A stretch of 64,000 nucleotides of DNA from Rhodospirillales bacterium (GCA_003354135.1 PIVK01000004.1:31187-95186), one strand, 5' to 3'. Numbered from the stretch's first letter, positions 53,072 to 62,747 are shown. The notes: a model not told the origin generated them from the letters alone. Numbers and translations: made by a program.

Positions 53072-53812
53072 CTACTCCATGTCCCTGGCATAGTAGCGAT
53101 CCGAGAGCTCCTTCTTGCTCATCGACATGAGTTCCTTGTACTCGGCGTCGAAGGCGCCCTTCTTGACGTCACGGAGCCTTTTGGCAAGCTCCTTGCTCTC
53201 CTTGCGGAGGTAGCGGCCGTAAAGCCTCTTGGCCAGCATGCCGACGGCGGGCTGAGTGATTTCGGCGGGGCAGCGTATGGTACACATCTGGCAGCCGACG
53301 CAATCGAACGACAGGTCCATGACCTTCGCGACGTCGCCGCGCATGGCCGCGTTCACGTAATCCATCACCTGTAGGCCCTGGACACATGCCTTGGTGCAGG
53401 TGTTGCAGGACACGCAGCGGAACACCTCCGGGTAGTATTTCCGGAAGGCCTCGACACCGGGCTTAACTTTCTTGATGTCGTAGATTTCTTTCCGGGCCGG
53501 TATCGACGGGAACTGCGCCAGGCTCATGCCGGGCTTAACCAGTGTCATGCAGGCTAGGCCCATGTGCATTTTATAGTCGCCGGGCATGCGGTAGACCGTC
53601 GCGCAGGCGCCGCAGTAGCCTTCCCGGCAACCCGCGCCGCGAACGATCGTATGGCCCGCATATTCAATAGCACCCATGATGGTCGCGTCCGACGGGACCT
53701 GAGCCGCTTTGCCCATGATATAGACGGTCACCATCTCGGCAACGGCGTCGGCCTTTCCCTTCTGCCGACGGCTCAGCGCGGATTTGGCTTTAGCTGCTTT
53801 GCCCTTGATCAT
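53072..53812 (-). CDS. Fumarate reductase / succinate dehydrogenase iron-sulfur-subunit-like protein with a basic N-terminal extension
   Basis: Contains [2Fe-2S]-type CREGYCGACATVY, then CVSCNTCTKAC and CVGCQMCTIRCP. ATG 53812 has GGGAGG 6 nt upstream. The first 20 residues carry 6 Lys and 2 Arg. Confidence 0.7.
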   Translation of the reverse strand: MIKGKAAKAKSALSRRQKGKADAVAEMVTVYIMGKAAQVPSDATIMGAIEYAGHTIVRGAGCREGYCGACATVYRMPGDYKMHMGLACMTLVKPGMSLAQFPSIPARKEIYDIKKVKPGVEAFRKYYPEVFRCVSCNTCTKACVQGLQVMDYVNAAMRGDVAKVMDLSFDCVGCQMCTIRCPAEITQPAVGMLAKRLYGRYLRKESKELAKRLRDVKKGAFDAEYKELMSMSKKELSDRYYARDME

Positions 53813-54336
53813 CCGTTACCTCCCTACCACAACGGCTCTTCTCTCGGGACGACATAGCGCCCTGCAAGCTGGCCTATGCGGCCACGCCTTCGCAAAATAT
53901 TCATTCCTAAATGTCTAGCCGTCTTTCCGGACTTTTAGATCGTTGTTATCGCGGTCGTCCGGTTAGCGACTCCCGTGAAGCCTGTGGTCTGTATATAGCA
54001 AATCTCTGATAGACGCAAAATTGATTTATGAAGTTGTTTGTTTCCAGTGCATTATATGGCGTTTTGGCGGCATTTTCGGAGTTTCCGCCGCTCCGGGACG
54101 TGCATAACCGGGACATGTTCGGACGAGACCCGTTCAGTGTCACCTGTCTCCAGACCAAGCAAAAAAGATGATGATACACCCGTCACGCGCCGAGACGATC
54201 TTTCACCCCGATTTTAGGCAAACCCGTTTCCCATGCGTTAACCATTGTTCTCCCTTGATTTCTTCGTAGTTTTCCCACATTTTCCTTGACTCTCCTGGAA
54301 GGGTGCCGCGCTGGGCCGGACTGGCCGGAAGGGCTT

Positions 54337-55464
54337 ATGAACAGCTTTACACGTTACGTATTTGGGCAACTCTTCGTCGGCATGATCGTCGTGACGGTGG
54401 CTTTGACCTGCGTGATCTGGCTCGCTCAGTCGCTGAGGTTTATCGAACTGATCGTTAACAGAGGCATTACGACAGGCACTTTCCTTTATCTAACCATGCT
54501 CCTGCTTCCCAACTTTTTGGTCCTGATCCTTCCGTTCGCCTTGTTTGCTGTCGTGGTCTTCACCTACAACCGTATGGTCGCCGACCGGGAACTCGTGGTT
54601 ATGCGAGCTGCGGGTATGAATCAGATGGAACTGGCGCGGCCGGCTCTCGTTCTGACAGGAGCGGTCATGCTGTTCGGTTACGTTCTGAACTTCTATCTCC
54701 TACCCGAGTCCTATCGCATGTTTCGGGAGCTGCAATGGGATATCCGCTACAACGCATCTCAGCTTCTGTTGCAGGAAGGGACCTTCAATACCGTCCGGGA
54801 CGACGTCACCATCTATGTCCGCAAGCGCGCCGCGGATGGCCAATTGCACGGCATCCTGGCCCATTTGACCAAGGAGAAAGGCAAACCTCGGACCATCATG
54901 GCCGAACGAGGCGCCTTGATCGAGACCGATACCGGCCCGCGGGTCATCATGTTCAACGGCAATCAGCAGGTCGTGGATAAGGCCACGAACAGCCTCTCGA
55001 TCCTTTATTTCGACCGCCACTCCCTCGACCTGGACACCCGCAGCAAACAGGCGACGATCCGGTACCGGGAGCCCAGGGAACGAACCTTCCTCGAACTTAT
55101 GAACATCAAAACCGATCCGACTGTTCAAGATCACGACCTGGGTAAGTTCGTCGTCGAGTTACACAAGCGGATCACCTCCCCACTTTCGGGGCTCGCTTAC
55201 ATGTTGGTTGGTTTGGCGGCCATGATCCACGGCAGTTTCAGCCGCCGCATGCAAACTCGCCGCATCGTCATCGCCGTCGGTGTTGTCATCGCACTCCAGG
55301 CCTCGACTCTCGGGCTGGAAAATTTGTGCGCTAGGAATCCCGCTCTGATCCCGTTGCTTTACCTTAGCCTCCTGGTTCCGGCAGCGATCAGTTATTTCTT
55401 CCTCGTACGGCACCCCAGGCGCCGCCCGGAAAATCCGGACGATGCCATGGCAACTCCCGCGTAG
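54337..55464 (+). CDS. lptF: LPS export ABC transporter permease LptF
   Basis: A YjgP/YjgQ-family membrane protein (N-terminus RYVFGQLFVGMIVVTVAL) upstream of lptG and lptD. Confidence 0.85.
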   Translation: MNSFTRYVFGQLFVGMIVVTVALTCVIWLAQSLRFIELIVNRGITTGTFLYLTMLLLPNFLVLILPFALFAVVVFTYNRMVADRELVVMRAAGMNQMELARPALVLTGAVMLFGYVLNFYLLPESYRMFRELQWDIRYNASQLLLQEGTFNTVRDDVTIYVRKRAADGQLHGILAHLTKEKGKPRTIMAERGALIETDTGPRVIMFNGNQQVVDKATNSLSILYFDRHSLDLDTRSKQATIRYREPRERTFLELMNIKTDPTVQDHDLGKFVVELHKRITSPLSGLAYMLVGLAAMIHGSFSRRMQTRRIVIAVGVVIALQASTLGLENLCARNPALIPLLYLSLLVPAAISYFFLVRHPRRRPENPDDAMATPA

Positions 55465-55485
55465 AGATTCCGGGGAGCCCAACAC

Positions 55486-56586
55486 GTGCGACTTTCAACC
55501 ACCCTGTCTCTATATATCGGACGCCAGTTCCTCTTCTTTTTCGTCGGAGTCCTCGTGATGTTTCTGGCGCTCATCTTCCTGTTCGACACGGTCGAATTGA
55601 TGCGACGATCTACGTCGGATCAAAACGTCACCATCCAGATGGTCTTCGAAATGGCGTTCATGAAGCTGCCGAACATGGGGCAGCAGGTCTTTCCCTTTGC
55701 GGCACTTTTCGGCGGCATGGCGACTTTCGCTCGTCTGACCCGCAACCACGAGCTGGTCGTAACACGAGCATCCGGGGTGTCGGTTTGGCAGTTTCTGCTT
55801 CCAGCCTTGGTCCTGGCGTGTCTTCTAGGGCTGTTTAGGATCATGGTCTTCAACCCTGTCGCCTCAGCAACCCTGGCCCGCTATGAGCAACTAGAGTCTG
55901 ATTACCTTAAGGGAGAAGAGAGTTATTTGGCCCTGTCAAAGACCGGGCTATGGCTACGCCAAGCCAATGCCGAAGGCCAATCAGTCATCCATGCCGAACA
56001 TGTGCTGCAACGGGGAAGCGACGTTGAACTCAGGAAGGTCATCGTCTTTATGTATGAAGGCCACGATAACTTCGCCAAGCGCATCGATGCCGCCCACGCC
56101 AGCCTTGAGGACGGATTCTGGCACATCCGAGACGCCTGGGTCCTGGCGCCGGAGGCACAACCCGTCTACAAGGCTGAATACTGGTTGGAGACGGATTTGA
56201 CCCTGGGACGCATCCAGGACAGCTTCGCACCACCGGAAACCATGTCCTTTTGGACCCTGCCGGGATTTATCGACACTCTGGAGCTTGCAGGGTTTTCCGC
56301 CATCCGCCATCGCCTGCATTGGCATTCCTTGCTCGCGTCTCCACTACTCATGTGTGCCATGGTGCTCATTGCCGCGACATTCTCGCTTCGCCATACACGC
56401 CGTGGCGGAACAACGTCCATAATCATCGGCGGCATCTTCACGGGGTTCATGCTCTACTTCTTTTCCAATATGGTTTTCGCCCTTGGGCTTTCAGACAGCA
56501 TCCCCGTGGCACTCGCGGCTTGGTCTCCTTCCGGAGTCGCCTCGCTGCTCGGGCTTGCCATGCTGCTCCATCTAGAGGATGGTTAG
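55486..56586 (+). CDS. lptG: LPS export ABC transporter permease LptG
   Basis: YjgP/YjgQ family (LSLYIGRQFLFFFVGVLVMF). GTG start. Confidence 0.85.
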   Translation: MRLSTTLSLYIGRQFLFFFVGVLVMFLALIFLFDTVELMRRSTSDQNVTIQMVFEMAFMKLPNMGQQVFPFAALFGGMATFARLTRNHELVVTRASGVSVWQFLLPALVLACLLGLFRIMVFNPVASATLARYEQLESDYLKGEESYLALSKTGLWLRQANAEGQSVIHAEHVLQRGSDVELRKVIVFMYEGHDNFAKRIDAAHASLEDGFWHIRDAWVLAPEAQPVYKAEYWLETDLTLGRIQDSFAPPETMSFWTLPGFIDTLELAGFSAIRHRLHWHSLLASPLLMCAMVLIAATFSLRHTRRGGTTSIIIGGIFTGFMLYFFSNMVFALGLSDSIPVALAAWSPSGVASLLGLAMLLHLEDG

Positions 56587-56592
56587 CCCCTC

Positions 56593-58842
56593 ATGAAACA
56601 ATTCGAAACCATGATCGCCAATGCGGCGCGTCTGTTGCTTACGGGAGCTTTGCTCCCGACCATTGCCGTAACCTTCGCTTTGTTGAGCACCCATGCGAGC
56701 ATTGCTTCTGCCAATACCCCCGGCCAAGCAGGAGAAAAAGCGGTCGAACAGGAACCGCCAATCCGCATGAAGGCCGACCAGCTGAGCTACGACCGAGATC
56801 TAGGTATCGTGACAGCCACCGGCAACGTCGAAGTGTTCCACGACAAGCGCATCCTTATGGCGGACACGTTGTCCTACAACGAGCGTGCCGATCTTCTTAG
56901 CGCATCGAGCAACATCACTCTTCTGGAGCCGGGGGGCGAAGTCCTGTTCGCCCAGTACATGGAGCTTAGCGGCGACATGAAGAATGGTGTCATCCAGGAC
57001 CTTCGTATGATCCTGCAGGACGGAGCCCGTGTCGCATCGTCGGGCGGCCACCGTTACGACGGGAACAGGACGGAGATGTACAACGCCGTCTATTCGCCAT
57101 GCCGCCTGTGCCCGGAAGACCCGAAAAAGCCACCCCTTTGGCAGATCAAGGCGGTCAAGATCAACCACGACCAGAAATGGCAAATGCTCGAGTACCAGGA
57201 TGCTTGGCTCGAAGTCCATGGTGTGCCGATATTATACACGCCGTACCTGCGCCATCCCGATCCTACGGCGCCACGAAAAACCGGTCTTCTCCCGCCAACC
57301 ATCGGAGGCTCGACCGAGCTCGGGCTGGTCTTCGATGCTCCGTTCTACTGGAACATCGCCCCCAACATGGATGCCACGATCCGCCCCATCTACACGGAGA
57401 AGGGCGGATCACTTCTTGCCGGTGAGTTCCGGGGGGGGTTCGACCGGGCCAGCCTCAAGGCCAAGGCCAGCATCACCCACAAGAGCACCATCGGCGACGG
57501 CTATCCTGACCCCGCAGATAGTTTAAACGGAATACGGGGCCATATCGAAGCCGAAGGGAACTTCGACATCGATGAAACATGGCGCTGGGGTTTCGACATC
57601 AATCGGACCACGGACGATACCTACATGCGCCGGTACGGCCTCGGCAGTTACAATACCTTGTCGACCAATGTCTTCGTCGAAGGTTTCCGCCGGCGGAATT
57701 ACGCTGCGGCCAACATGTATGCATTCCAGAACCTGAGCTCTTCTGTCGATTCCGATAGCACTCCCCTGGTGCTGCCGCTGCTGGAGTACAGCCATATCGG
57801 CGAACCCGATCGCTATGGCGGGCGGACAAATCTCGACCTCAATTTGATGGCGCTCAGCCGAGAAACCGGGACGAACACCCGGCGGATGTCTGCAATCCTC
57901 GGCTGGCGGTTGCCGTATGTCTCGGACGCTGGAAGCGTTTACACCCTGGCAACACAGGTCCAGGGCGACCTCTATCATGTCAACCGTCTGGAACGCGCCA
58001 ACAAATCGAACTTCTCTGGCTTCTCCGGACGTTTCCACCCCAGCCTGTCCATGGAATGGCGTCACCCCTTCGTACGTGAAGAAGGAAACGGCTCCATCCA
58101 CCAGCTCATCGAGCCCACCGTCTCAGCGGTCATTTCACCTTATGGCGGCAATCCGGACACCATTCCCAACGAGGACAGCCAAGTCTTTGAGTTCGACGAC
58201 ACTCATCTTTTCGCGATGAACCGGTTTTCCGGATTCGACCGAGTCGAGGGCGGGCCACGGCTCGACTACGGCCTGAAATGGGGTGTTTTCGGCAAGTCAG
58301 GTGGCAGCACGGCACTGCGGCTCGGCCAGACCTACCGTGTCAAGGCGGATGATACTTTCGCCAACGAATCCGGCTTGGAAGACAACTTCTCCGATGTCGT
58401 AGGCAGTGTCCACGTCCAGCCTGGCAAGAACATCAATGCCTTCTTTCGCACCCGCCTCGATAAGGAGGATCTGAGTATAGAACGCAATGAAGTTGCTCTG
58501 GGTATAGGCTCGCCCGCGCTGAACGTCAGCGCGAATTATATTTTCTTCGACAAGCAAGAAGGATCCGAGTTTCAAACCCGGGAACAGTTGGGTGCGTCTC
58601 TGTCGGCGAAATTCACCCGCTACTGGCGGGGATCGGTCAGCGGGTTGCGCGATCTGGTCGATGATGAAATGCGCTCGATTGATTTCGGCCTCACCTACGA
58701 GGACGAATGCTTGATCTTCAATACGCGAGCCACCCGCACCTTCTATGAGGACCGGGACCTGAAACCAACCGACGCTATCCTTTTCACCATAACGCTCAAG
58801 ACTTTAGGCCCGATCCGTACAGGTATCACCCAGAGAAGCTGA
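56593..58842 (+). CDS. lptD: LPS assembly outer-membrane protein LptD
   Basis: 749 aa with a signal peptide, an OstA-like N-domain and a large beta-barrel-type C-terminal region. It has the conserved position before surA. Confidence 0.85.
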   Translation: MKQFETMIANAARLLLTGALLPTIAVTFALLSTHASIASANTPGQAGEKAVEQEPPIRMKADQLSYDRDLGIVTATGNVEVFHDKRILMADTLSYNERADLLSASSNITLLEPGGEVLFAQYMELSGDMKNGVIQDLRMILQDGARVASSGGHRYDGNRTEMYNAVYSPCRLCPEDPKKPPLWQIKAVKINHDQKWQMLEYQDAWLEVHGVPILYTPYLRHPDPTAPRKTGLLPPTIGGSTELGLVFDAPFYWNIAPNMDATIRPIYTEKGGSLLAGEFRGGFDRASLKAKASITHKSTIGDGYPDPADSLNGIRGHIEAEGNFDIDETWRWGFDINRTTDDTYMRRYGLGSYNTLSTNVFVEGFRRRNYAAANMYAFQNLSSSVDSDSTPLVLPLLEYSHIGEPDRYGGRTNLDLNLMALSRETGTNTRRMSAILGWRLPYVSDAGSVYTLATQVQGDLYHVNRLERANKSNFSGFSGRFHPSLSMEWRHPFVREEGNGSIHQLIEPTVSAVISPYGGNPDTIPNEDSQVFEFDDTHLFAMNRFSGFDRVEGGPRLDYGLKWGVFGKSGGSTALRLGQTYRVKADDTFANESGLEDNFSDVVGSVHVQPGKNINAFFRTRLDKEDLSIERNEVALGIGSPALNVSANYIFFDKQEGSEFQTREQLGASLSAKFTRYWRGSVSGLRDLVDDEMRSIDFGLTYEDECLIFNTRATRTFYEDRDLKPTDAILFTITLKTLGPIRTGITQRS

Positions 58843-60143
58843 TGCAGAGACAACTTGTGACAACAAATTACGCAACGATGGGAATACGCCTCCTGGGCGC
58901 CATAGTTCTGGCCACTGCCGTCCTGCTGCCGCAGTCGGCTCCGGCGCAGAAGTCGGTGCGCATCGCGGGCATCGTCAACGACGATATTCTCACCGTTTAC
59001 GACGTCGATGCCAGGATGTCCCTCTTGATCGCCTCGTCCGGGTTGCGCGACACGGCGGAGACTCGCCGCCGCTTGATTCCCGAGGTCCTGCGGGCCCTCA
59101 TTGACGAGAAACTCAAGCTTCAAGAGGCAAAACGGATCGGCGTGACCGTTTCCGAGGGTCAGATCAAGAGCGCATTGGCCGACGTCGAAACCCGGAACGA
59201 CCTGGGCCCCGGCGGGCTTGCCGCCTTCTTTCGGAAAACGGGTATCGACAAATCGACTCTCGTCCAGCAGATCGAGGCCGAAATCTCCTGGTCGATCCTG
59301 CTGCAACGACGTCTCGTCAAGAGGATCCGCGTCGGCGAGAATGAGATCGACTCTAGGTTAGAACAGTACGAGTCTTCCAAGACAAAGTCGCACTTCCAGG
59401 TCCGGGAGATCTTCCTTCCGATTGATGGTGCCAAGGGGGATTCGGAGGCCCGGACCCTAGCCTCCCGTCTCGTCCAGCAATTGCGCGAAGGCGCTTCGTT
59501 CGCCGCCCTGGCGCGGAACTTTTCCAAAAGCGCGTCCGCTCCCCGGGGTGGCGATATCGGCTGGGTTGCCGAAGGTAGCCTGGGCAAGGAACTGGATACC
59601 GCGCTGAAACGGCTCTCGCCCGACCAGGTCGCCGGTCCGATCCAGACCCTGACCGGGTTCTACATTATCAGATTGGTTGGAAAACGCATTGGCAATCAGG
59701 CTGATCCCGGCGATACCACGGTGGCGTTGAGCCAGCTCTTCCTGCCCCTCCCCGCCGACGCCGACAGTACCCGCGTCAAGGCGGAAATCGACAGAGCCCG
59801 CAGGCTTGCCACCAAGGCGCGGTCCTGCAGTGAGCTGGAGACGGCAGGGAAGCAGGTCGGCTCCGCCACGTCCGGCGGATTGGGCAAAGTCAAGATGCGA
59901 ATCTTACCCCAGGATATCCAGACCCTGGTCTCCAACCTGGACGTCGGTGTTCCCAGCCAACCGCACCGATCGGCGGAAGGCGTTGTCGTCCTCATGGTAT
60001 GTGAGCGCATTCTGCCCCCGCACCCCAAGGCCCCCAGCCGCAAAAAAATCAAAAAGGCCCTGATGACCGAGCGTCTTGCCATCCAGGCCCGCCGTTATCT
60101 CCGGGACCTCAAGCGGGCCGCCGTGGTGGACATCCGCCTTTGA
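58842..60143 (+). CDS. surA: Periplasmic chaperone / peptidyl-prolyl isomerase SurA
   Basis: A signal peptide is followed by a SurA_N-like domain and a parvulin domain (GGDIGWV). The start is 58842 or ATG 58878. Confidence 0.8.
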   Translation: MQRQLVTTNYATMGIRLLGAIVLATAVLLPQSAPAQKSVRIAGIVNDDILTVYDVDARMSLLIASSGLRDTAETRRRLIPEVLRALIDEKLKLQEAKRIGVTVSEGQIKSALADVETRNDLGPGGLAAFFRKTGIDKSTLVQQIEAEISWSILLQRRLVKRIRVGENEIDSRLEQYESSKTKSHFQVREIFLPIDGAKGDSEARTLASRLVQQLREGASFAALARNFSKSASAPRGGDIGWVAEGSLGKELDTALKRLSPDQVAGPIQTLTGFYIIRLVGKRIGNQADPGDTTVALSQLFLPLPADADSTRVKAEIDRARRLATKARSCSELETAGKQVGSATSGGLGKVKMRILPQDIQTLVSNLDVGVPSQPHRSAEGVVVLMVCERILPPHPKAPSRKKIKKALMTERLAIQARRYLRDLKRAAVVDIRL

Positions 60144-61153
60144 GCCGGGCGCCGCTCGCCCTCACCATGGGAGACCCCAGTGGGGTCGGCGGCGAGATTA
60201 CCCTCGGGTCCTGGCGCCGTCGCAATTCCGCCCTCCCTCCGTTTTTCCTCGTCGGGGACCCGGATTGGCTTAATCGCCTCGCACGCCACCTGGGCCTCGA
60301 CGTGCCTATACAAGCCATCGGCCGGCCAGCAGAAGCGATGAAGGCCTTTCAGGACGCCCTGCCGGTCCTGCCACTGCCGTTGGCGGTACCCCCCACACCC
60401 GGCCGCCCGGACCCTGCCAACACCCCCATGGTCAAGCAGGCCATTGAGCGCGCCGTGGACCTGGTGACGTCGGGCGAGGCCTCGGCGGTCGTTACCAATC
60501 CCATTAGCAAGACGATCCTCCATCAGGCGGGGTTCCCGTACCCAGGCCACACGGAGTTCCTGGCCCACCTGGCCGATAGCCCCACCCGGCCAGTGATGAT
60601 GCTGGCCTGCCCCGTTCTTCGCGTGGTTCCGGTCACCATTCACGTGAGTCTGCGGGACGCCATCGCGATGCTGACCAAAGATATCATCGTCGAGACGGCG
60701 GCAATCACCGCCGAATCGCTCAGCCGCGACTTCTCCATCGCCAATCCCCGCCTCGCCGTGGCCGGTCTCAACCCGCACGCGGGGGAGGACGGCGCCATGG
60801 GGCACGAAGACCGGGAGATCGTCTGGCCGGCGGTCACCGCGCTCAGGGCTCGGGGCGTCGACGCCTTCGGCCCCATGCCGCCCGACACCATGTTCACCGA
60901 CGCTGCGCGCAAGGTCTACGACGCGGCGATCTGCATGTACCACGACCAGGGCCTGATCCCCATGAAGACGCTAGGATTCGATAAGGGCGTCAACATGACA
61001 CTCGGCCTACCCTTCGTCCGCACCTCGCCCGACCACGGCACCGCCTTCGACATTGCCGGCACCGGCCGAGCCTCCCCCCACAGCCTAATGGAGGCGCTCA
61101 AGCTGGCCAACGTTATGGCGACGGCGCGGCAAAGACGTCCCGAAGGCGCTTAA
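60140..61153 (+). CDS. pdxA: 4-hydroxythreonine-4-phosphate dehydrogenase
   Basis: Contains [27 protein letters not shown] and [15 protein letters not shown] start overlapping the surA stop. Confidence 0.9.
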   Translation: MSRAPLALTMGDPSGVGGEITLGSWRRRNSALPPFFLVGDPDWLNRLARHLGLDVPIQAIGRPAEAMKAFQDALPVLPLPLAVPPTPGRPDPANTPMVKQAIERAVDLVTSGEASAVVTNPISKTILHQAGFPYPGHTEFLAHLADSPTRPVMMLACPVLRVVPVTIHVSLRDAIAMLTKDIIVETAAITAESLSRDFSIANPRLAVAGLNPHAGEDGAMGHEDREIVWPAVTALRARGVDAFGPMPPDTMFTDAARKVYDAAICMYHDQGLIPMKTLGFDKGVNMTLGLPFVRTSPDHGTAFDIAGTGRASPHSLMEALKLANVMATARQRRPEGA

Positions 61154-61962
61154 TGGTCGACCTGCAACCGCTCCGCGAGGTCATCCGTGCCCACGGCCTA
61201 GACGCCCGCAAGTCCCTGGGCCAACATTTCCTCTTGGACACCAATCTCTGTGCCCGCATTGCCCGTGTGGCCGGGGTGAGCGAAGGCTGCCGCGTCATTG
61301 AGGTTGGCCCCGGCCCCGGTGGCCTTACCCGCGCCCTTCTGGCGGCCGGTGCCAAGGTGACAGCGGTGGAGATGGACCGCCGCTGCATCGCCGCACTCGG
61401 CGATCTGGCCGAGGCATACCCGGGCCGCCTCACCCTTATAGAAGGCAACGCCCTGGAGACCGACCTGCCCGCGCTGACGCCCGGACCCAGGCGCATCGTC
61501 TCCAACCTGCCCTATAACATCTCGACGCCCTTGCTGCTGCGCTGGCTCACGGAGATCAACGCCTATCAGTCCTTGACCCTGATGTTCCAAAAGGAGGTCG
61601 CCGACCGCCTCACCGCCCGCCCCGGCAGCAAGACCTACGGGCGGCTCTCGGTCATAACCCAGTGGCTCACCGAGGTGCGCTACGAGTTCAATCTAGACAA
61701 ACGCGCCTTCACCCCACCGCCCAAGGTGACCTCGACCGTTGTCACCCTGACCCCGCGCGCAGCCCCCCTGGCCCCCGCCCCCCGCAAGGCCCTGGAGACG
61801 GTGACGGCGGCCGCCTTCGGCCAGCGCCGCAAGATGCTCCGCCAGAGCCTGAAGGGACTCGGCCTTAACCTGGAAAGCCTGGGCGTCGCCCCCACGGCAC
61901 GCGCCGAGACCCTGACGGTGGAGCAGTTCTGCGCCCTGGCCCGCGCGCTGGCCGCAACCTGA
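61153..61962 (+). CDS. rsmA: 16S rRNA (adenine1518/1519-N6)-dimethyltransferase
   Basis: Contains LGQHFLLD, the SAM motif [12 protein letters not shown], and SNLPYNIS. Confidence 0.92.
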   Translation: MVDLQPLREVIRAHGLDARKSLGQHFLLDTNLCARIARVAGVSEGCRVIEVGPGPGGLTRALLAAGAKVTAVEMDRRCIAALGDLAEAYPGRLTLIEGNALETDLPALTPGPRRIVSNLPYNISTPLLLRWLTEINAYQSLTLMFQKEVADRLTARPGSKTYGRLSVITQWLTEVRYEFNLDKRAFTPPPKVTSTVVTLTPRAAPLAPAPRKALETVTAAAFGQRRKMLRQSLKGLGLNLESLGVAPTARAETLTVEQFCALARALAAT

Positions 61963-62012
61963 CCCGCCGCCCCTACCACAAGATCCAGATCGTCGCGCAC
62001 CCCCCCCCACGG

Positions 62013-62037
62013 ACGCCGGCGACATCGCCGCCGGCGT
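62013..62037. other. GC-rich hairpin between convergent rsmA and gmk
   Basis: A 9-bp stem (ACGCCGGCG / CGCCGGCGT) with a 7-nt loop. It is flanked by a C9 run and an A5 run and is not a canonical intrinsic terminator. Confidence 0.4.
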
Positions 62038-62064
62038 AAAAAGGATCACGCGTATCTTCAGCCC

Positions 62065-62700
62065 CTATTCGCAGAGTTGATGGACGAAGGCGTGCACACC
62101 CACCTGACGCTCGCGGCGCAGACGTTCGGCCGTCAGGATAGTCTGCACCGCAGACACGCTTTCCTCGACCGTGTGATTGACGATGATGTAGTCGTATTCG
62201 CGATAATGGCTCATCTCGGCCGCCGCCTTGGCCATGCGCCGAGAGATGACCTCAGTCGGGTCCTCGGCCCGCCTCCGTAGACGGCGTTCCAGTTCCGCAT
62301 GGCTGGGCGGCAGAATGAAGATGCTGACCAGATCGTCCCGCGCCGCGTCCCCCAGCTGCTGGGCGCCTTGCCAGTCGACGTCGAACATTACGTCATGACC
62401 GTTGGAGAGCGCGACCTCTACCGGCTCGCGCGGGGTGCCATAGAAGTTGTCGAACACATTGGCATGCTCCAGAAACTTACCGTTCGCCACCAAAGACTGG
62501 AAATGAGCGACGTCCATGAAAAAGTAGTCCTTGCCGTCCACCTCACCGGACCGCGGCGGTCGTGTGGTGGCCGAGATGGACATCGTGACATCGTCGTCGC
62601 GGGCCAGGATCTCGCGGGCAATGGTGGTCTTCCCGGCTCCGGACGGCGAGGACAGCACCAACATCACGCCGCGTCTGTGGATATCTTGAACGCCGTCCAC
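62065..62700 (-). CDS. gmk: Guanylate kinase
   Basis: Contains LSSPSGAGKTT and SATTRPPR. The start is uncertain: GTG 62700, GTG 62667 or ATG 62664. Confidence 0.88.
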   Translation of the reverse strand: MDGVQDIHRRGVMLVLSSPSGAGKTTIAREILARDDDVTMSISATTRPPRSGEVDGKDYFFMDVAHFQSLVANGKFLEHANVFDNFYGTPREPVEVALSNGHDVMFDVDWQGAQQLGDAARDDLVSIFILPPSHAELERRLRRRAEDPTEVISRRMAKAAAEMSHYREYDYIIVNHTVEESVSAVQTILTAERLRRERQVGVHAFVHQLCE

Positions 62701-62747
62701 GTTTAAACTCTCCCAATCAATCTCGTCGAAGGTGCCGGTCGTGGACC

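Noticed and set aside
54016-54035. FNR/CRP-type site (TTGAT-N4-ATCAA) in the 520-nt region upstream of the rTCA cluster.
   Set aside because: Only one half-site (TTGAT at 54021-54025) is present. The partner half does not match.
53946-54179. 77-aa minus-strand ORF in the lptF / frdB-like intergenic region.
   Set aside because: It has no ribosome-binding site and odd composition in AT-richer promoter DNA. This is more likely regulatory sequence for the divergent lptF and rTCA cluster promoters.
62000-62008. C9 homopolymer tract as a possible phase-variation switch.
   Set aside because: It lies in non-coding DNA between two convergent gene ends, next to a hairpin. No promoter or reading frame would be affected.
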